Assembly: GCA_025558095.1 (NCBI GenBank)
Contig: JAIVFI010000018.1
Coordinates: forward strand, 124,001-188,000
Origin: Hyaloraphidium curvatum SAG 235-1
Taxonomy: Eukaryota > Fungi > Monoblepharomycota
Reading direction: 5' to 3'
Length of the DNA: 64,000 nt
In this document: piece after piece, positions 47,463 to 59,283 of the stretch
Position numbering within the stretch: position 1 is the stretch's first letter
How the letters are laid out: each line of letters starts with the position of its first letter
Program-made: the position numbers and the translations under genes
Notes under the pieces: generated by a model
The model's input: only the letters and a program-made list of their open reading frames with translations
What the model was told of the DNA's origin: nothing
The model's database searches: none

Positions 47463-47671
47463 GCGCTAATGCGAATGGCGACGTTATGCCACAAACTAAA
47501 TCCCCATTCAATGTATTGATGGAAGGGATGCCGACTGCGGGACCGGAGTGACCGGCGAGCGGGACACCGGGCCGCAGCATGCAGGCAGGATTTGCTTCCC
47601 GGACACTCTGCCGCGATGGACGCTAACTTGGTCTCAAGCGCTCTTTGGAATTCGCAGTCTGAGGTTTGCTG
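47463..47671 (-). repeat. Diverged repeat copy C: tRNA upstream flank plus 5' half of tRNA-Ala(CGC), inverted
   Basis: Minus strand GGGGATTTAGTTTGTGGCATAACGTCGCCATTCGCATTAGCGC (47505-47463); no T arm follows. Confidence 0.75.
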
Positions 47672-47883
47672 TTGAGACTGGATGGGATATGGCTCTCTGC
47701 GCTGGCGCCGCGCACCGGAGGAGGGCGGACGAGCGGACGAAGCCGCCGACCCACTTCGACGTTTTGAAGGACGATCCTGCGTGGACGAACGGCCGATTCC
47801 GAGCAGCAAGATCCAGATTCCCCTCCCCCGCCGCGCCCTACACTGCGCCGCCTACATCCCCCTCCCATCCCTCCCGCTGGGCG

Positions 47884-49406
47884 CTAGAACACGTCCAGGA
47901 TGTACAGCATCAGGTAGGACACCTGGAACGTCAAAATGTGGCTGTCGAGCCGGTCCAGCAGCCCGCCGTGCCCGCGGAAGACGTCTCCGGAATCTTTGAC
48001 GCCCGCGGCGCGCTTGATGAACTGTCCGCCGCGCCCAATGGGAACCGATCAGCATGCCGCCAAAGGGGCGCAACGGGAAGCACCCACGCTCTCGACCAGA
48101 TCACCCGACGCGCCCACCGCCCCCACGATCCAGCCAAACACCAGGAGCACGGGCCAATGCTGCTTGGTCCGCTCGGGCATCCACGCGACGGTCCAGCCCC
48201 CGGCGGCGCGCTGCAAGAGGACGGCGAGGACGAGGCCGGAGGGGGCGAGGAGGATGTGGCCGAGGAGGCCTTCGAGGGTTTTGTTGGGGCTGCGGAAAGA
48301 AAGGAGGGGTCGAGTTGGTTGGGGGGCGGAGATGGGGGTTTGGGACGGCCTACCTGAGGCCGGGGACGACCTTGGTGCGGCCCAGGGCGCGGCCGACAAA
48401 GTAGCCGAAGGTGTCGCCGAGAGCGGTGGTGAGCGCCGTGGCGACCAGCCGTTCGCCTCCGTACTTCCAAACGGCGAGGGTCAGCCGATGGCGGCCCCAG
48501 GTCGAGGGAAGCGGCCCACCTTGGACATCCGCAGCATCCCCGCGGCCCCGCCGATCCCCTGCCCGATCCACACGTATCCCAGCACGCGCGCGCCGAGCTC
48601 CAGAAGCTTGCCCTCGAAGAAGCCGCGCGGGTCCGCGACCGACTCGCGCTTGGGCGCGACGACCATCACGTGGGCTTCGACGGCGGGCGGATCAGCGGCT
48701 TGACGGCCCCGCCGCCGGAAAAAAACCCACCGAACATGATCGAGATGATGGCAAGGGTGTGGTAAGTAAACAGCGCCGGCGCCGCGCGCGGGTCGCCGAC
48801 GGCGAAAAAGGTCGGCACGACGGGGACAAGCACGCCGGCGACGAGCAGCACGACGTCCGGCATCTCGTCGCGCGGCGGGCGGCCGGTGGGGATGGCCTCG
48901 ATGAGGCGGTTCAGCAGGCCGACGAGGGAGAAGCGGCGCAGGGAGGGGAGGGGGCGCTCCTTGCGCGGTTGGGGGGCATCCGGCGGCGTGGCTTCCCCGT
49001 CCTTCGCCTTCTTTTCGCCCTCCTTCTCCTTCTCCTTGGTCTTTTCCGCGGCTTTCGACAGCGTGGTATTGGAGGCGGAACGCCGCATGGGCCCGGAGGC
49101 GTCGCCGTTTGGCAGCGCGAGGGTCGGCCCCGGGAGCGGGGTGAGGGGGGGCAGCGCCAGCCCCTGCGCGGGCTCCAGCGCCGGCGTCGCCACGTCGTCG
49201 GCCCACGGCCTGTCCGGGTTCAGCGAGTCCGAGAGGAACGCGCGCGTGTGCGACGAGATGCGGCGGAACTCGACGAGCATCGACAGCGACAGCAGCGCGA
49301 GCAGGAACGTCTGCACGGCCGGGTGCGGCGGGAACGCCAGGACGAGCGCGGCCGGCAGCCACTGCGCCACCGTCAGCAGCCGCTGCCGCGTGCCCGGCGA
49401 CACCAT
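47884..49406 (-). CDS. cdsA: Phosphatidate cytidylyltransferase (CDP-DAG synthase)
   Basis: GDTFGYFVGRALG..SPNKTLEG, GDLVES, KDSGDVFRGHGGLLDRLDS; multi-exon. Confidence 0.85.
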
Positions 49407-49512
49407 CGCGGGGGGCGGCGCAGGGCGGCAGCTGAATGTGGTGTTTGGGGTTTGGGGCGCCTAGACAGGAAAAGGTATCGGCCATCTGACATCAGGGGCT
49501 GGCCGCCCGAGA

Positions 49513-49544
49513 CTCTAACCGCCCTCTAACCGGATCTCTAACCG
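49513..49544 (+). promoter_or_regulatory. Three CTCTAACCG copies in the bidirectional cdsA/WDR83 promoter
   Basis: Exact 9-mers at 49513, 49524 and 49536 in a 208-bp divergent intergenic region. Confidence 0.45.
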
Positions 49545-49614
49545 CCGACCTCCTTCACCCCAACCACCCGCAAACCACTCCCCGCCCCTCCGTGGCCTCC
49601 TGCGCCAACGCCGG

Positions 49615-50535
49615 ATGACGAATGCGCCCGAGCCGCCCTCCGCCGAGCTGCGCACCCTCGCGGCCCACGCCGGGCCGTGCAACGTCGCGCGCTACAACGC
49701 GACCGGCGCGTACCTCCTGACGGGCGGCGCCGACCGCCTCGTGCGGCTGTGGAACCCGGCCACCGGCCTGTGCATCAAGACGTACGCCGGCCACGGCTGG
49801 GAGGTGCTCGACGTGGCCGTCGCCGCGGACAATGCGCGGTTCGCGTCGGGCGGGGGGGACAAGGCCGCGTTCCTGTGGGACGTGGCGACGGGGAGGGCAA
49901 TAAGGCGGTTCGCCGGCCATACCGCGCGGATCAATGCCGTGGATTTCAACGGCGACGCCTCGCTGCTGGCGTCGGGCAGCTACGACGCAACCGTGCGGCT
50001 GTGGGACGTGCGCGCGCAGTCCAAGCTGCCGGTGCAGGTGCTCGAGGACGCCAAGGACAGCGTGTCGAGCGTGCGCATCTCGGGCGCGTGCATCCTCTCC
50101 GGGTCCGTGGACGGCCACGTGCGGGTGCACGACGCCCGCGCGGGGACGCTGTACGACGACGACGTGGGCGCGGCGGTCACCTCGGCCCGGTTCTCGCACG
50201 ACGGCAACTGCGTGCTGGCCTCGTCGACGGACGACACGGTGCGGCTGTTTGACCGCGAGAACGGGGAGCTGCTGGGGGACTACCGCGGGCATTCGCACAG
50301 ATCGTACCGGCTGCTGTCGTGCCTCTCCTCGACCGACGCCCACGTGGTCTCGGGGTCCGAGGACGGCAGGGTGCTCTTCTGGGACCTGGTCGACGGCAAG
50401 GCGGTGCGGACGCTGCGGCACGGGACGGGCGCGGTGCTGTGCGTGGACTGCCACCCAAAGACGGACCGGAACGAGTGCGTGTCGGCGGGCGCGGACGGGA
50501 CGGTCAAGGTGTGGGGCGCGCCCACCGGGGGATGA
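49615..50535 (+). CDS. WDR83: WD40-repeat protein WDR83/MORG1
   Basis: ~306 aa of WD repeats; IKTYAGHGWEVLDV, FASGGGDK, QVLEDAKDSVSS, VVSGSEDG. Confidence 0.85.
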   Translation: MTNAPEPPSAELRTLAAHAGPCNVARYNATGAYLLTGGADRLVRLWNPATGLCIKTYAGHGWEVLDVAVAADNARFASGGGDKAAFLWDVATGRAIRRFAGHTARINAVDFNGDASLLASGSYDATVRLWDVRAQSKLPVQVLEDAKDSVSSVRISGACILSGSVDGHVRVHDARAGTLYDDDVGAAVTSARFSHDGNCVLASSTDDTVRLFDRENGELLGDYRGHSHRSYRLLSCLSSTDAHVVSGSEDGRVLFWDLVDGKAVRTLRHGTGAVLCVDCHPKTDRNECVSAGADGTVKVWGAPTGG

Positions 50536-50569
50536 TCGCCTCGTCGGCGGTCTGCCTCCGGGTAGCATT

Positions 50570-51173
50570 TCATGTGGTTCCGAGCTCTGAACGCTGGTCA
50601 TTGCCCTTGAGTGCCACCGTCCCCGCTTCCCTTTCGGGCACCGCCTCCCCTTCCCTCGGCAGCCCCTCGACGTGCACGAGCACCCTCTCGGCCAGATTCC
50701 CCGCATGCACCCTCCCCAGCGTCACGTTCTTCGCCTTCACGTGGTCCCTCCAGAGATAATCGTCCTTGTCCCCCGCCCCGGCGTCGTAAGGGGGCGTCCA
50801 CCTCCCCTCCTCGACGCGGTACACCTCCCACGCGCCGCCGCGGGGATCCCGTGCCACACCCAGTGCCGCCCGGGATACCACCCCGGCTTGCCCGCCCGGG
50901 ACGGCCAGCGCGCCATCCTGTGGATCACCCGGTCCGCGCCGGGGTCGGCGTCCGGCCGGCCGGGCGCGGAGATCTCTAGGACCAGAGCGCGGGAGTGCGC
51001 GGCGCGGTTGCCGAGACGGCGCGCGCCCCGCACGACGGGGGCGCCCACGGCCACGCAGGGTCCGGGGCAACCGGCGGAGGGGAACGCGTTCCGCCCCCGT
51101 ACCGGTCCCGCGTGTACGCGCCCGCAGCAAACAGGCACGCGGCCGCGAGCGCCTGCGCGGGGGCCAGGCGCAT
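50570..51173 (-). CDS. Hypothetical protein (exon structure unresolved)
   Basis: Hydrophobic N-terminus MRLAPAQALAAACLFAAG and coding-like frame GAWEVYRVEEGRWTPPYD..DDYLWRDHV; splice phase not resolved. Confidence 0.3.
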
Positions 51174-51297
51174 TGGCGGGGATTCGGCGGCACGATTTGC
51201 GGACCCTACCTATCGAGAAGTGAAAAAGGGGAAGAACCATCTAGCTCTCGACCCGCGTCCGACGCGTTGCTTTCGTCGCCAATCAGAGGTGACGCAT

Positions 51298-53171
51298 CTA
51301 CTTGGCGCCGTAGATCCGCCTCAGCTCCCGCTTCAGTATCTTCCCCTGCGAATCCTTGGGCAGCGCGGGCACCACCTCGACCCTCTTTGGCACCTTGTAC
51401 GGCGCCAGGTCCCCCGAATCCCGCGCGAACGCCGGCAGCCCCGCCTCCATCTCGGCCTTGCGCGCCTCCGCGCCCGGTTTGAGCACGACAAAGGCGGTGA
51501 CGGCCTCGGACCACTTGTCGTCGGGGAGGCCGACGACGGCGCATTCGAGCACGTCGGGGTGCCGGTACATGGCGCGCTCGACCTCGACGCTGGACACGTT
51601 GTGCCCGCCCGTCTTGATCAGGTCCTTCCGCCGGTCCGCGAAGAAGAGGTTCGACTGGGCGTCCATCCTGACGACTGCACGGGCTCGGTCAGACTCTCCG
51701 CCGGAACCCGCAAGACGAAACCCACTGTCCCCCGTCCACAACCAACCGCCTTTCGTCGTCGCCGCCGTCTTTTCCGGATCGTTGAAGTACCCCAGCATCA
51801 CGCTCGGGCTGCGCACGACCAGCTCCCCCTCCTCGCCCAGCGGCACGTCGTTCCCGGCCTCGTCCACGACGCGGCACTCGAGCTGCGGCACGGGCTTGCC
51901 GATCCACCCGAGGTCGCCGTTGGGGATGTCGTCGAGGGTGCGGAACCAGCCCACGGAGCCGAGTTGGGTCTGTTGCGGGGTTGTCAGGCGTCGAAGCCGG
52001 GCTCCGGACGCGGAGCACGCACCGCCTCGGAAAGCCCCCAGTACGTCCCCCAGACGATCCCGCCCTCCCCTCCTTTCCCCGCCCAAGCGTCGATCATCGA
52101 TTTCGGCACAGTACCCCCGTAAGTCATGCACTTCCGCAGCCTGATCCGATCCCCCAGCTCCCCGAACCGCGGGTGCCCCGCCGCGGCGAGGTAGAACGTC
52201 GGCGTCTGCGCCATGACCGTGATCCCCTCCCCCGCCAGTATCTCGAGCGCCGAGCCCGCGTCGATGGTTTCGGCAAACACCACCGCGGCGCCCAGGATGA
52301 GCAGCGTGGTGGTGGTGCCGATGCCGGCGGTGGTGAAGGCCGGCATGACCATCAGCCAGCGGTCCGTGGGCATGATGCCCAGGGCAGAGTTCCAGGCCGG
52401 CGTGGTGGAGGCGAGGAAGTTGCGGTGGCTCACGAGAACCCCCTTGGGGAGGGACTCGGTGCCCGAGGTGTAGAGGAGCAGGATCGGGTCGTCCTCCTCG
52501 GCGTCGAGGGATTCCCAGGGTTCCTCGGACGGGGAGCCCGAAGCGACCAGGGCGCGCATGCTGGCCCAGCCCGCGGGCGGGGCGGCCTCGGGGCCGACGA
52601 GGTCCGAGAGCACGAGGTGCCGCACGAACGCGAGCTCGGCGGGGTTCTTGGCGAAGGTCTCGGCGATCCGCGGGGCAAAGAGCGGTTCGGCGACGACCAG
52701 GGAGGGGCGGGCGTGGGTGAGCTGGTGCGTGATCTCGCGGCCGGCGGCGGGGAAGGTGATGTTGATCGACGTCAGAACCAGGCCGGACTTGAGGGCGGCG
52801 CAGTAGGCGACGATGTACTCGACCGAGTTGCGGCTCATGACGGCGACCACGTCGCCCTGCTGCAGGCCCAGGGCGCGCCACGCCGACGCGAGCCTGTTTG
52901 CCTTGTCGTTGAGCTCCTTATATGTCACGGCGTGCCGCTCCCCGCCGCGCAGATAGACCAGCGCCTCGCTGTCCCCGCGGTGGCGCGCGTGGCGGCGCAG
53001 CATGTCGCCGATGGTCGCACGGCGGAGGGCGCCGCGGGTCGGCACGGCGTACGACGAGATCGACGCGCGCGTGATGCGGTTGGCGGGGCGCGGGGCGGGG
53101 GCGCGCGCGGGGAGCAGCTGCGAGAGCACGCCGCGCAGGCGCGCGAGGGGCGATGGCGCGTCGGAGGACAT
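51298..53171 (-). CDS. AMP-dependent acyl-CoA synthetase with N-terminal PTS2
   Basis: YTSGTESLPKG, WGLSE, TGD, DRRKDLIKTGGHNV, PKDSQGKI; RLRGVLSQL near the N-terminus; 2 introns. Confidence 0.9.
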
Positions 53172-53537
53172 CGCGAAGTGGGTACGGCTCACGCGAGTGG
53201 GAGGCAGCCAAGGGAGCGGCGGGCGGGCGGGGGGATCGGCTCGACCATCTGCTCTCTGGATCCACTGGCCCAATCCATAATCAAAGGCGAAAATGGAGCT
53301 CGTTGAATGGTTGTCGGCATCCGGCGCGTTGTTGGCGATGCTTGATGGACTCGAAACGGATTTTCCGGCCGGTTGCTGGGTTTGGAAACGATTTTACCGA
53401 GGCACACGGATAATCAATTGCCGCGCGTCCCCTTCCCGACACGTCCTCCAAACCCGACTCGGGCCGGCCCTCGCGGAACAACGAGCAACCCAGCGCTCAC
53501 CAAGGCGGCAAGGCTGCCTCGAGAGCGGAACGCGGCA

Positions 53538-55909
53538 ATGTCCGCGACGCCGATGCCCGTCCGCGAGCGGCCCGACGGCGTGCGGTCGTTCTCGGAGAAG
53601 AAGCACCGGCGCGTTGGGCAGGCATGCCAGGTGCGGGCCGCGGGCGCTGCGGGGCGCGCGGGGTCTGACCGCCGTCTCGTGCCGGGCAACAGGAATGCGC
53701 GTCGCGGAGGATCAAGTGCAACGGGCAGCAGCCATGCGAGCGGTGCGGCAAGAAGAACGCCCTGTGCCTGTACCGCACAAAGAGGAAGCGCGGGCCGAAG
53801 AAAGGATGGCACTTGAAGGCAAAGATCGAGAAGCTGGAGAAGCAGCTCGAGCAGAATCCCCAGGACGAGGAGGCGATGCTCCAGCTGGAGGAGCTGAGGG
53901 AGGAGCTGAGGCAGGTGCTCGAGGACGCCGGGATGGAATCGGACGAGGATGGTGCGGGCAGCAGCAACCAGGGCGGGGACTGGGACGGGCCTCAGGAACA
54001 CCCGGAGTCCATGTTCAGCCAGCATTTGACCTACCAACACCGCGGGAACCCGCTCGGACAGCACACCAACGGCACCGGCGGTCCCGCTTTCGAGGGCCTC
54101 GGTCAGCAGGAAAACGTGCTCGGCAGCTCGGCCTTCGCGGGCGGCCCGGCGTCGCCGCTGGCGCTCAGCTCGACGTCGGGAACGAGCAGGAGATCGCCGC
54201 TCCTGCCGCCCCTCGCGGATCCCCTTCCGGCTCCCCCTGCGCGGATATCTCCCGTTCTGTCTTCCCCCCGGGCCGGCCCGCCGCCCGCGCCCGTGCCTCC
54301 GCTCCTTCTCGGCCCGACGCGGACTGGTTTCCTCCCCATCTTCATGAGCCCCGCCCTGTACCAGTCGATCGTGCGCGCCTTCCTCACCGCCATCTGGCCC
54401 ACCATTCCCATCCTGCACCCGCCGACCCTCATCTCCAACCCGAGCACCTACCCGGCGCACCTGATCCTCGCCGTCATGGCACTGGGCATCAAGTTTGCCC
54501 GGGATCCGGATCTCCTGGCCCAGCTCCCCGCGGGCCCGGCGAGGGAGGCCCTTGCGGACCAGCTCTTCGACCAGGCGCACGGCCTGCTCAGTCCCATCCT
54601 GGCGGACTACAAGCAGTCGCCGACGGCCATGGACGTCATTTCCCTGGTGCACTTCGAGCTCTTCGTCGGCGTGGTCTCGGGCCGGGTCGCCGTGGCCATG
54701 CGCTGGCTGGAGATGGCCGTCGGCCTGGCCCGGGAGATCATGCTGCCCGCCACGGACGCTTCCGAGGGCGACGCGCGGTGGAGGCTTGAGGAGCAGCGCA
54801 GGATGCTGTGGGTCCTGTTCGCCATGGATCGGGGCCTGTCGTTCGGCTCGTCGGTACGGCACCACGGGCTGCCGCGCGAGCGGATGGACCACCTGCCGCT
54901 GCCGGTCCCGGAGGACGTGTACTTTGGCGACTCAGGGCCGGTGGGGTCCGCGGTGCTGCAGACGCCGACGCTAGCCATGTTCATGGCGGACCCGTCGCAC
55001 TTCCTGCTGTTCCTTAGCTCCCTCGGGCCGTTTGCCAAGCTGATGATCGTGGGTTCCGCGGCGCGGTTGCGCGCGCGGTCCACAGTTCTCACGCAACGAT
55101 GCCCGCAGCTCTACAACATCATCTCCCTGGTCACCGACTTCTGGCGCCTCCCCCCGGCCCTCCGCACCCCCGAGGCCCGCCTGCAAATCCAGCGCTTCAT
55201 GGAAGCCTTCTACGACGCCCTGCCCCCCACCGAGCAGGCCCCCGCCGTCCTCGCCTTCTCCGTGTCGCGCCCGCACGCGCACATCGGGCCGGCCTACGTG
55301 CTGCTCGTCTTTTTCGGCGTGGCGACGATGCTCCATGCGCGCGCGGGCATGACCGAGATGTTCGAGGACCAGGATTGGGTGGGAGGGGACGGGTTCATCA
55401 AGGCCGTCGAGGCGGCGGGGATGGTGACGGCGCTGCTGGACGCGCTGTCGCGCGAGTCGCTGGAGCTCAGTGGGTCGCCTGCCATTCCCGCCCACCGCTC
55501 CCTGGCTCACGAAATCCCCGCAGTTCCCCTCTACTGCATGTTCCCCCTCATGCGCACGACGCAGATCTACATGCTGCTCGTGAAGAAGCTCCAGGGCGAG
55601 CAGGCCGAGCCCATCCGCCGGGACATGCGCTCCAAGGTCGATAGCCACATCTCGGCCTTCCGCGCCCTCGCCCCCCGGGTGGCCTTCGCGAACCTGACGG
55701 CGCAGATGCTGCAGCTCCTGCTGCAGCGCACCGAGGACCGGGCTGCGGGCAGGCCGATGGCGGGGTTCGCGCAGCTGGCGGGGACCGTGCCGCTGGCGCT
55801 GGGGTTCGGGTCGTGGGACGCGCTGGTGGCGCGGGCGGAGCAGATGTTCGGCAAGGACGGGTTCTTTTGCGATCTGATGCGGTTTGTGAGGAAGGAGCTG
55901 GAGGAGTAG
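53538..55909 (+). CDS. Zn(II)2Cys6 fungal transcription factor
   Basis: Spliced ACQECASRRIKCNGQQPCERCGKKNALC, coiled coil, middle homology region (WPTIPILH, EEQRRMLWVLFAMDR). Confidence 0.92.
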
Positions 55910-55940
55910 CCGCGCGCCCCGGCTGGCGGCCGGCGTGCCT

Positions 55941-56025
55941 GGCGGAGCAGATGTCGAGGGGGGGACGAGTTCTCTTGATTCTTTTGCCATTTGTTGCGAT
56001 TCGTGCGGAAAGAGCTGGAGGAGTA
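55941..56025 (+). pseudogene. Remnant duplicate of the transcription factor's last ~25 codons
   Basis: AEQM...FFCHLLRFVRKELEEY versus AEQM...FFCDLMRFVRKELEE*, with a frameshift and an internal TGA. Confidence 0.7.
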
Positions 56026-56109
56026 CAGCAGTAGCCAATTGCGGCGGGCCGGCGTGTTGCCATCCGGGTACAATCCACCTCCCGATCCGCCTCCCGAGCC
56101 CGTTGCCCC

Positions 56110-57886
56110 CTACTCCGCCTCCTTGGGCAGGATCAGCATCACGGTGTGCTGTCCCCCCGCGGACACCTTGACGCACTTCCTCTGCCTGATCTCGATCTGC
56201 TCCGGCGTCTCGACGTCCTCGGCGCCCTCGCTCCCCAGCTGCCCGCGCTCGCCGTAGCCCCAGCCCCAGAGGTCCAGCTCCTCCGTCACGGCCAGGGTGA
56301 AGGCGCCGCCGCACGAGACCTGGCGCACGGGGGGGAGGTCCGGGAGCTTGGTCGGGACGGGGACGTGCGCCGAGGCCGAGGCGGCGCCGTCGGCGGGGGC
56401 GTCCTTGGGGATGCCGAGCTGGTTCGAGTCGTTGCGGCCGAAGCCGTACAGGTCGCCTGCCAATTATCGTCAGCGGAGAACGAAAAGGGGGCGGGGAAGG
56501 GACGGACCGTTGTCGAGGAGGATCATGGAGTGGTGCTCGCCGCCGGCGCACGCCCGCACCTTGACGCCCTCGGGTATCTCCAGGTCCACAATGCGCTCCG
56601 GCAGCATCATGTTCTCAGTGTGTCCAAGCCCCCTGTGGATCAAGCGTAACGGGTTGTCAGCAAGGGTGCCCGCTGACCGGCCCCGGAGAGACCCACAGCT
56701 GCCCGTAGTTGTTCAGCCCCATGCTGTAAACCTCCCTCCCGTCCTCCGTCACCAGCAGCGTGTGGTACGCCCCCCCGTACACCCTGCTGAACCGGACCAG
56801 CTTCCTCCCGCTCCGGAAGTTGATCCTCCTCGGCACCAGGCTGCTCTCGTCCTTGCGCCGCTCGGCCACGCGGCGGCCGAGCTGGCCCTGCTCGCCGACG
56901 CCCCAGGTGTAAACGAAGCCCTGGTCGTCGACGGCGACGACGTGGTTGGAGCCGAGGGCGACGGAGATGATGAAGCGGTCGCGGAGGAAGTCGAGGCGGA
57001 CAAAGGTGTTTTGCTGGCGAATGCCAGGGAGGAAGCCGAAGATGCCCGCGGCGTCCTGTGAATCGTCAAGCGGCAATGGTCGGCATCAGCGCATGCCGGT
57101 GCCGCGGTCCCGTGCCGACCCACCCGGAATGTGCCCGTCCCGTACAGGTGCCCCTTTTCCGTCAGCGCGAGCGTGACCGAGTCCCCCGCGACGATCTGGA
57201 CCACGAGCCCCGCGTCCTCCAGTCCCTGCACCTCGAAGTTGCACATGGTCTCCAGGTCCGAGTTGGCGCTGGTGTCGCGACCTGTCGACGCGCTGCTCGT
57301 CAAATACAGTGGGCACCCCTCCTCACAAAGGGAACCCACCCAGGGCCCCCTGGTCGTTGCAACCCCAGGAGTAGATGTGCTGCTTGCCCTGATCGTCGGG
57401 CCTGCTGACGGCGAAGGAGGACATGCCCCCCGCGACGACGTCGACGATGCCCTTGCCGCGCAGCTCGTTGAGCCTGCCGGGGCGCTCCTTCTCGAGCGTA
57501 TCGGGGCCGCTAACCACGTTGACGCGAAAAAGAATTCCACGAAATCAGCGGATATTGGCCGGCACGTTAGACGGACCCGGGATGGCGGGGCGCTCCACCC
57601 ACAGGCCCAGCTGGCCGGTCTCGCCCGAGCCCATGACATACACTTCGCCCTCGTCGTTCTCCGGCAGCCTTAGCGGCTCGTGCTCGACGACGGCCACGCG
57701 GCGGCGCTTCGGCAGGCTGTCCGCGGGGCGGTCGGGCGACGCGCGCGGCGCCCTCGCGGGGGACGTCTGCGCGGCGCGCGGCGGCGACGGCGCGGGGGCC
57801 GCCGCGGCGCGCTTCCGCGTGGCGCGCGGCGCGGGCGCCTCCTCGGCGGGCTGCGACGCAGGCTGCGACCGCGTGTTGCGCACCAT
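56110..57886 (-). CDS. RCC1: RCC1 (Ran GEF, Pim1/Srm1-like)
   Basis: Basic NLS-like N-tail; repeats VMGSGETGQLG, SWGCNDQGALG, TWGVGEQGQLG, SMGLNNYGQL, VSAGGQH. Confidence 0.88.
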
Positions 57887-58086
57887 CCTCCCGCGAATAG
57901 GTGAAGTGGTGCGCAGAAAATGATGGAGGTGGGCGCCGCTCTAAGCAGTTGGTTAGGGCTGCGACCGGCCAAAGCCATTTCTGGCTTAAACAGCTCCGAG
58001 AACTAAGAAGCGCATCAGTCCCGGAGAAATCTCAGAGTCTAACCTGCCGAAACTCCCCACCTCCAACCCGCCAGATCCGCGCAGCG

Positions 58087-59163
58087 ATGCCGGACGACGA
58101 CGCGCGGTCCGCCGCGTCGGCCTCGGCCTTCAAGGCGCCCCTCGCGCCGCCGTCGGTCGCCGGCACCGCCGCCACTCGCCGCTCCTCCGTGGCCTCGCTG
58201 TCCTCCACCACCTCCTTCCCCCGCTTCCCATTCGACGCCTCCGCGCCCTCGAACCCCGCCATGCGCAACCACTCCCTCTCCGCCGGCCCCGCGGACGCCT
58301 ACTCGCGGCACAGGCGGCTCATGGAGGACTACGTGCGGTACTACGGCGGCCGCCGCGTGGTGGACGACCTCGCGGCCCGGCGGAAGCAGTACGCGGAAGG
58401 CACGACCGAGGCCGAGATCCTCGCGCGGAACCACCGGTTCCTGAGGGAGGAGGCGGACGACGCGCTGCTGGCCGACAGCTGGGAGCAGAGGCTGGCCAAG
58501 CGGTACTACGACCGGCTGTTCAAGGAGTACGCCGTGGCGGACCTGCAGCGGTATAAGGAGGGCCGCATCGCGATGCGCTGGCGGACCGAGAAGGAGGTGG
58601 TCTCGGGCAAGGGCCAGTTCGAGTGCGCGAACGTGGCCTGCGCCGCAAAGGAGGGGCTGGCGTCGTGGGAGGTCAACTTTGGCTACGTCGAGGCGGGGGA
58701 GAAGAAGAGCGCGCTGGTGAAGCTCCGGCTGTGCAAGGACTGCTCGGTGAAGCTGCATTGGAAGAGGGCGAAGGAGAGGGAGGCGATGGAGAAGCGCGCG
58801 AGGAAGGAGGAGAGGCGGAGGCGGAGGGAGCGCAAGGCCGAGCGGCGGAGGCGCGAGGCCGAGATATCGCAGGAGGGAGCGGAGGTAGGGGAGGACGGGA
58901 CTACGGGCAAACGGCGCCGCACGGACGACGCTCCCGACGCCGCGGACCGCGAATCGGACGCCTCCTCGTCGGACACCAGCGGCTCCGATGCCGAACACCC
59001 CGCACCTGCGCCTCCCCCGGACGACGGCCCCGCGCCCATTTCCAGCGTGTATTCCAAAGCCGAGGCCTCGCGGATATGGAGCCAGCCGCGCAAGGCGGAG
59101 GAGGCCGCCCCGAAGTCGCGCGAGGAGGAGTTCGAAGACTTCTTCGAGTCGCTCTTCCAGTGA
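58087..59163 (+). CDS. FRA10AC1: FRA10AC1 homolog (splicing-associated)
   Basis: NHRFL, WEQRLAKRYYDRLFKEYA, MRWRTEKEVVSGKGQFEC, SWEVNFGYVE, LVKLRLC, C-terminal FEDFFESLF. Confidence 0.9.
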   Translation: MPDDDARSAASASAFKAPLAPPSVAGTAATRRSSVASLSSTTSFPRFPFDASAPSNPAMRNHSLSAGPADAYSRHRRLMEDYVRYYGGRRVVDDLAARRKQYAEGTTEAEILARNHRFLREEADDALLADSWEQRLAKRYYDRLFKEYAVADLQRYKEGRIAMRWRTEKEVVSGKGQFECANVACAAKEGLASWEVNFGYVEAGEKKSALVKLRLCKDCSVKLHWKRAKEREAMEKRARKEERRRRRERKAERRRREAEISQEGAEVGEDGTTGKRRRTDDAPDAADRESDASSSDTSGSDAEHPAPAPPPDDGPAPISSVYSKAEASRIWSQPRKAEEAAPKSREEEFEDFFESLFQ

Positions 59164-59283
59164 CTCTCGATACCGGCACTCTCAAAAGAGACAAACGCTG
59201 CCAAATCGATCGGCCTCCAACGTCCAGGAACGGTGCAGATACCAATCCATCGCCTCCAACGTCCTCGGATCCCACACGCCGTC

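Noticed and set aside
50737-50980. RVIHRM as a Sec11 signal-peptidase motif
   Set aside because: Other S26 motifs (SGSM, KGDN) are missing.
53172-53537. CGG/CCG pairs as Zn2Cys6 autoregulatory sites
   Set aside because: Such triplets are ubiquitous at this GC content.
23197-54892. Many long antisense or alternate-frame ORFs (e.g. 23197-25176, 32776-34737, 38159-40279, 53414-54892)
   Set aside because: Arg/Pro/Gly-rich shadows of real genes, expected at high GC3; no motifs.
49615-59163. WDR83 and FRA10AC1 as a spliceosomal gene cluster
   Set aside because: Separated by unrelated genes; proximity is plausibly chance.
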